Shown here: piece by piece, positions 59,355-64,000 of the stretch
How positions within the stretch are numbered: position 1 is the first letter of the stretch
Layout: every line of letters starts with the position of its first letter
Virus record (IMG/VR): IMGVR_UViG_3300028581_002181
Coordinates: 1-64,000 of that record
Strand: one strand, 5' to 3'
DNA length: 64,000 bases
From: a virus
The notes under the pieces: model-generated
What the model saw: the letters and a program-made list of their open reading frames with translations, nothing else
What the model was told of the DNA's origin: nothing
The model's database searches: none
Program-made: the position numbers and the translations under genes

Positions 59355-59905
59355 AAATTTTAATGACTGGCCATACTTCCCCTATAGGAAGTGTTTTGTT
59401 TGAACATCTATCTTTCACACACCAAGTCACTGGCATATCTAGGCAAAGTGGGTATGATTTAAATAAATTTGAAGATATTCAAAAAATTATAAACGACAGC
59501 ACAAATTATGATCATTTTATAAATTTAGCACACGTGGGAGATGCACAATGTCAATTGTTATCTTTAATTTATAAAAAATGGAGTGAAGTAAATCATTTGG
59601 GAAAGATAATTTCTTTTGGTACACTGGGTACTGAATTGCCAGAAGACATTTTAAAAAAAACTGGCACAGATTTAGATTATTTTAAAAAAAAAATACATTT
59701 AGAAAATATACACAAATGTTTGTCTATTCAAAAAATATTTGGCATTCAACCACAAAGTGTGTTGATTAGAATTTTAAATTTTGGAAAAAAAACTGGTTCA
59801 AGGCAGGGTGAACCTAGCTGCAATAAAGAAGAAATAATTAGAACTGTTGATTACGTATTAAATGAAACTTTATATATAAGCAAGATTGATTTAAGAAAAA
59901 TTTAA
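59351..59905 (+). CDS. Short SDR/Rossmann-fold oxidoreductase-like
   Basis: KILMTGHTSPIG, FINLAH, IISFGT, Y...K (YFKKK). Confidence 0.6.
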   Translation: MKILMTGHTSPIGSVLFEHLSFTHQVTGISRQSGYDLNKFEDIQKIINDSTNYDHFINLAHVGDAQCQLLSLIYKKWSEVNHLGKIISFGTLGTELPEDILKKTGTDLDYFKKKIHLENIHKCLSIQKIFGIQPQSVLIRILNFGKKTGSRQGEPSCNKEEIIRTVDYVLNETLYISKIDLRKI

Positions 59906-60708
59906 TAATTACTTAGATGATCTATGCCTAATTTTTTTCTAAATTCATCAGTGAACACACAATCAATACGTAATCCATACTCTTGTTCTTTATTAATTTC
60001 TCCTCCATGCCAATCTTGATCGTTCCAAAAAGCAGCATTAGAATTAATATACACTTTGTTCTTTGATTCAGGATTCCAGATATAGAATCCTCGTTTAGTA
60101 TTATGTCTTATGTGTATGAATTCATTTCGGTGATCACTGTAACCTTGCTGATTGCCATGTTTTCCGTCTAGATCTCTGTGTTCAAAAGGCTGACCGTCAT
60201 GTTCACAATGAAAAAATATCACTCTACCTATACGACTAATAATTTGTTGTGTAAGTAAATTTTTTATCCAAATGACCAATCCTGGAAAATATTTACTTTC
60301 TTCAGTAATCTGTCTTTCTGAATTTCTATGGTCCCAATCTCCTTCGTTCCATAGAAAGTAATATATGTAAGGATCTTTGGCACCCAGCACTGCTTTGAGA
60401 TAGCGTGTGAACTGATTTCTTGTGCGATAATCTTTGATATTGGCATAAAGATCATCACCATTTTTTCTAATAGGATGATCTGCGGAAAGAGCAAGATATT
60501 CTTTTACAGCCATATAAATTGGTTTCCAATTCAATTGATAACTCATGTCCTGCAGATTGAATCCTGGCGACATCCAAGTGCCTTCTTTGGCATATTCTCT
60601 AGCCAGAGCAAAACCTCTACATATTTCCGGATGTAATTTTCTAAAACCTTCTATGTCAAGATGTTGATCTAGAGCAATGTATGGTTTTCCACCAATTCCT
60701 CTTATCAT
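59902..60708 (-). CDS. 2OG-Fe(II) oxygenase-like protein
   Basis: GRVIFF..EHRD (HxD), FWNDQDWHGG, YGLRID. Start moved to ATG 60708. Confidence 0.55.
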   Translation of the reverse strand: MIRGIGGKPYIALDQHLDIEGFRKLHPEICRGFALAREYAKEGTWMSPGFNLQDMSYQLNWKPIYMAVKEYLALSADHPIRKNGDDLYANIKDYRTRNQFTRYLKAVLGAKDPYIYYFLWNEGDWDHRNSERQITEESKYFPGLVIWIKNLLTQQIISRIGRVIFFHCEHDGQPFEHRDLDGKHGNQQGYSDHRNEFIHIRHNTKRGFYIWNPESKNKVYINSNAAFWNDQDWHGGEINKEQEYGLRIDCVFTDEFRKKLGIDHLSNY

Positions 60709-60713
60709 ACAGA

Positions 60714-60729
60714 TATTTATTTGTAAATA
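60714..60729. promoter_or_regulatory. Back-to-back putative late promoters (TAAATA on - at 60719-60714; on + at 60724-60729)
   Basis: The minus copy is 5 nt before ATG 60708; the plus copy is 18 nt before ATG 60748. Confidence 0.55.
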
Positions 60730-60747
60730 CATCAGCAATTAATTATT

Positions 60748-61320
60748 ATGGCTTTCAAACTTATACCATATTCCGACAATTTAGATCTCAGTGAATTTTA
60801 CAGCATAGCCAAAAACAAAGGCTTTGTGAATAATTCAACCAAAAAGATGTTGGTGGATTCTTTATCTAACGAAGAAAAATTTCAAGTTTGGATGCTGATG
60901 TGGGATGACAGAGTAATTGGATCCAGTGCAGCACACACTTTTCCTGAAATGGGTGCTGATAGTTTCCGCATAGCTTGTCGTATTTGTACCTTTACAGACT
61001 GTTTGCCTAAAGAATACCAAATGGTGCGAACAAGAGACACCATTAGATATCATCAAACCACAACTCAACAATTTTTTCAACCAGCAGGTATTAATTGGGC
61101 TGGCATAGGAAAAAATTATTATGTTACCACTAATAAAAATACTGACGGCACACAGAGACTGGTGCATTCTATTGTGGCTCCTACTTTGGAAAGTGTTGGT
61201 GTTTACACAAGAATCACCGACATGATGTACCGAGGAACCATACAGACTGTGTGGCGTGTGAATGCAGATGTGTATTTTGATCAATTAAAAAAAGTTAAAT
61301 CATGGCCCACATATGAATAG
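60748..61320 (+). CDS. Hypothetical protein, possibly GNAT-like
   Basis: WMLMWDDRVIGSSAAH..FRIACRIC beta-strand pattern; weak. Confidence 0.4.
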   Translation: MAFKLIPYSDNLDLSEFYSIAKNKGFVNNSTKKMLVDSLSNEEKFQVWMLMWDDRVIGSSAAHTFPEMGADSFRIACRICTFTDCLPKEYQMVRTRDTIRYHQTTTQQFFQPAGINWAGIGKNYYVTTNKNTDGTQRLVHSIVAPTLESVGVYTRITDMMYRGTIQTVWRVNADVYFDQLKKVKSWPTYE

Positions 61321-61999
61321 ATACAATTACTACTACAATAATGTACCAGGTCAAGGATTGTGCAGGAACAATCTTGTGTACACCAGTCTTATAAATCAAA
61401 ACAAAACAGAATTTGTGCAATGGTTTCACAATGACACAGAATATCATCGTGGACAAAATGAAGTGATGGATCCCATTCTGATGGAACAAAAATGGCAGAG
61501 AGAAGTGGACATGCTGCTGATGATGCATCACAATTTTCCAAAACACATTCCTGACATATTAGAACTGGACTATGACAATAAAAAAATTATCTATGGCATT
61601 GATGGTGTGGATTTTTGGGAACAGAGTCACACAGTGGGCATGGATGCAGTGCTGCCCAACTGGCGTGAACAGATGCTGGAAATTATGCAAGCACACAAAA
61701 CACTGGGATTATACAAGTATAGTCTACACCCCAGCAGTTACTTTGTGGTGGAAGGCAAATTAAAAAGTGTGAATTATTTCTTCTGCTATCATAAAAGTGA
61801 ACCATTTATCACAGTGCAGGATCATCTCAGTCATATATCACATGAAAGAAGACAATATTTACTGCCCAAAATGAAAGAAATGCACATTGACATGAACATT
61901 CCCACAGATTTTGCCAGCTTGCAGGTATTGTGTTTGGAAAGTTTTAGAAACAATTACCCCAAGGACTTTATAGATGCTGCCATAGCACTGTACAAATAA
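61313..61999 (+). CDS. Protein-kinase-like fold protein (paralog of 57636 ORF)
   Basis: NLVYTSLI vs NLVYEPLI, REVDMLL, IPDIL, SLHPSSYF, SVNYFF. Confidence 0.45.
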   Translation: MNRYNYYYNNVPGQGLCRNNLVYTSLINQNKTEFVQWFHNDTEYHRGQNEVMDPILMEQKWQREVDMLLMMHHNFPKHIPDILELDYDNKKIIYGIDGVDFWEQSHTVGMDAVLPNWREQMLEIMQAHKTLGLYKYSLHPSSYFVVEGKLKSVNYFFCYHKSEPFITVQDHLSHISHERRQYLLPKMKEMHIDMNIPTDFASLQVLCLESFRNNYPKDFIDAAIALYK

Positions 62000-62001
62000 T
62001 C

Positions 62002-63159
62002 ATGGAAGATACAAAAACTATAAGTTTGTGCGATCATTGTTATCGTCATTGTGCAGCAGAACGTGTCACACGTGCGGATGGAGTATATCTTGTAAAAACC
62101 TGTGAAGAGCATGGAGAAATGCAGCATATGGTAGAAAGAAATATCGAATTTTATCAGCAACTGCATTATGATGTTTCTGGTTACAGTATACCTCACGGCA
62201 CCATGGTTGAAGTCACTGACAGATGCAACTTGAATTGCCCCCATTGTTATCATAAACCTGATAATAAATTACAGGACCGATCTATAGAAAGTATATGTAA
62301 ACAAATTGCAGAAAAATTTGATGCTGAATCAGGTGCTGTGATATTGGCAGGTGCTGAACCCACAGTGCGTAAAGATTTACCAAAATTAATTATTCAAATT
62401 AAATCATTATTAAAAAAATTAAACAGGCCTGAAGATGTGTGCATATTAACCAATGGAGTAAAGTTGTCTGACAGAGCATGGGTGAAAGAAATCGCTGCTG
62501 CTGGAGCCACCATGGTGATGATTGGCATGAACCATCACACATATCAAGGTCACACGGTGCATCAAAAACAATTGCAAGGCATAGACAACTGTATTGCTGA
62601 AGGAATTTTTGTGTACTATGTGGGCTATACATTGGAAAGTTTGGATCATATGGAAGAAGTGTTGGAAGAAATTCAATCTTTGGGTAATAAGAGTTGGCAG
62701 TATAGGATCAGAGCAGGTTCCGACATAGGTAGATCACCCAATGAACCTAGATTCTTTCTCAGTGATCATGTGGCATTAATAAAATCTATCTGTGATCGCA
62801 AAGGATGGACTTGGGAAAAACACACAGCCGATGACAATCTTTATCACTACATGGTGAACATCAACGGTATCACTCATAGGATAATACAGTGGAGTGATCA
62901 TAAGACCATTGACTTGGAACAATTGCAGTGTGGACCTTGGTGTGACTTTGTGCCGGGAAAACCTGTAACAAATTTTTTACATCAAATTATGTTGCGAGAT
63001 GCTGTGGTGAATAAAAAAATGTTATTGCACGACACTGTGCCTGATCGTTATGTGATTCAATCAAAAAATATAGATTATAAAGAGTCTCAATGGACTTATC
63101 TCAGTTGGGCTGATTATAAAAAATTACAACAAAAAAGTATTAGTATGCTACGAAGTTAG
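62002..63159 (+). CDS. Radical SAM protein with Tes/MJ0619-like N-terminal CxxC..CxxH metal site
   Basis: C10-x2-C13..C34-x2-H37, EVTDRCNLNCPHC, AGAEPTVRKDLP, TNG. Confidence 0.8.
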   Translation: MEDTKTISLCDHCYRHCAAERVTRADGVYLVKTCEEHGEMQHMVERNIEFYQQLHYDVSGYSIPHGTMVEVTDRCNLNCPHCYHKPDNKLQDRSIESICKQIAEKFDAESGAVILAGAEPTVRKDLPKLIIQIKSLLKKLNRPEDVCILTNGVKLSDRAWVKEIAAAGATMVMIGMNHHTYQGHTVHQKQLQGIDNCIAEGIFVYYVGYTLESLDHMEEVLEEIQSLGNKSWQYRIRAGSDIGRSPNEPRFFLSDHVALIKSICDRKGWTWEKHTADDNLYHYMVNINGITHRIIQWSDHKTIDLEQLQCGPWCDFVPGKPVTNFLHQIMLRDAVVNKKMLLHDTVPDRYVIQSKNIDYKESQWTYLSWADYKKLQQKSISMLRS

Positions 63160-64000
63160 AGAAGTGTACTTCGTATTTGAAAATCGTACCAGATAAAAAT
63201 GTGTTAGGTGTCTGCACTCTTAATCTCACGTTTGCTCCACTGATATCAGCTGTGACTGCATTCACTGGGTTAGAGCCGGTGAATGTGGATGCAATAGATT
63301 GTATGCTGGCTAATCCAGTACCGTTTGCAATCAAAAATTCTCCGATATAACTGTCATTGGCACTATAATGCACGTGAATGGTCACTTTGGCTGCTCTGTA
63401 AATTGCGTGAGCATAAGTCAATGCTGTGTAGGTTTCCAGAGTGCTGCTGGTCACTTGTGTGTATGTGCCTGAATTCATTCCGGTTAAAACTTTTTCCACA
63501 CCAGCTGTGGTGTTGAAAGATGCATTGCCTGCCACTGATAATGTGGCAGTGGGATTGATCATGTTCACTCCCAGTTCACCAAAAGAATTGAAAACTAAAA
63601 ATTTTAAAGATGCTCCACCATCATCTGAAGTGGCAAAACCTATTGCGCCTGGTACTGCACCTGGTGCTACTGGATTGTTTGAGTCTGTTTCTACACTGGC
63701 AAATAAAGCACTGGAAAATCTATAAGCAGTGCCGTCATGTCCACTAACATTCAGTGTGAACAATGGATCGCCTTGTTGCAAAATTGTAGGCACACTGAGA
63801 GTGCCTCTAGACACATTTATTTCAAAACTGTCATTGCTGGTGCCATCAGTTAACGAATTAATTCTTAAACTTTTATTAGAGATTACAGGAGCTTTAATAT
63901 TTAAAGCTGTGCCCAAAGCTGAATTGTTTGCGCCTATTTGTAAGGTGTCCAAACCGTTCAATAGAGTCACTATATTGTCAGTGATCACCACATCGCCGTT
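63140..64000 (-). CDS. Virion structural/fibre-like protein, C-terminal part (5'-truncated by window edge)
   Basis: Frame is open to 64000. C-terminal YRAAKVTI..YIGEFLIANG..ADISGANVRLRV module typical of T4-like virion proteins. Confidence 0.65.
   Translation of the reverse strand, partial: NGDVVITDNIVTLLNGLDTLQIGANNSALGTALNIKAPVISNKSLRINSLTDGTSNDSFEINVSRGTLSVPTILQQGDPLFTLNVSGHDGTAYRFSSALFASVETDSNNPVAPGAVPGAIGFATSDDGGASLKFLVFNSFGELGVNMINPTATLSVAGNASFNTTAGVEKVLTGMNSGTYTQVTSSTLETYTALTYAHAIYRAAKVTIHVHYSANDSYIGEFLIANGTGLASIQSIASTFTGSNPVNAVTADISGANVRLRVQTPNTFLSGTIFKYEVHFSNFVAY

Noticed and set aside
59684-59693. A10 homopolymer (and A9/T9 runs at about 41922 and 52384) as phase-variation tracts
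   Set aside because: Expected in such AT-rich, Lys/Phe-rich coding DNA; all the ORFs are intact.
13466-60738. Longest-ORF starts at 13466, 39833, 41588, 42099, 43726, 49915 and 60738
   Set aside because: They overlap upstream genes extensively. Downstream starts (13526, 39923, 41621, 42171, 43780, 49966, 60708) fit coupling, SD or promoter spacing better.
39580-63159. RiPP precursor peptide for the SPASM enzymes
   Set aside because: Intergenic gaps are under 80 nt and contain no convincing small ORF with an SD or a leader/core pattern.
1-64000. Short opposite-strand or nested ORFs in the track (e.g. 982-1323, 2436-2705, 9423-9854, 33910-34323, 37700-38155, 44254-44688, 60862-61284)
   Set aside because: They lie antisense to or within well-supported genes and lack SDs and recognisable motifs; they are shadow ORFs.
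1-64000. tRNA genes, CRISPR arrays, integrase or transposase, inteins
   Set aside because: No cloverleaf/T-loop motif, regularly spaced repeat, recombinase motif or intein splice junction was recognised by eye; tRNAscan-SE and CRISPR finders were not run.

Overview
AT-rich segment of a large T4-like (gp55-type late sigma) myophage genome, nearly fully coding, with both end genes running off the window. (1) 1-6395: end of a gp26/gp51-like baseplate/tail chaperone pair joined by a likely programmed -1 frameshift, a HemD-like gene, a ~350-nt GC-rich structured non-coding region directly behind a stand-alone GIY-YIG nuclease, and a minus-strand gp55-gp47-gp46 block with consensus sigma70 promoters. 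(2) 6472-39487: plus-strand baseplate/tail module (tube initiator-like, LysM/gp53-like, hub, gp5 spike, PAAR-like, inserted nucleotide-sugar epimerase, gp25, gp6, a ~4,900-aa wedge/adhesin split by a 1-nt frame break, three paralogous fibre proteins). (3) 39580-63159: an enzyme island with four glycosyltransferase-like genes (plus one possible GT/MTase fusion), eight radical SAM enzymes, five 2OG-Fe(II)/AspH-like oxygenases, MTase-like, PLP enzyme, QueC-like ATPase, UDP-sugar dehydrogenase, SDR, GNAT-like and two kinase-like genes. (4) 63140-64000: C-terminus of another virion protein. A TAA(A/G)TA late-promoter motif precedes many genes, either exactly 5 nt before ATG (apparently leaderless) or ~20 nt before with a Shine-Dalgarno. 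No tRNA, rRNA or CRISPR array was seen. All functional calls come from motif recognition by eye, with no database searches.
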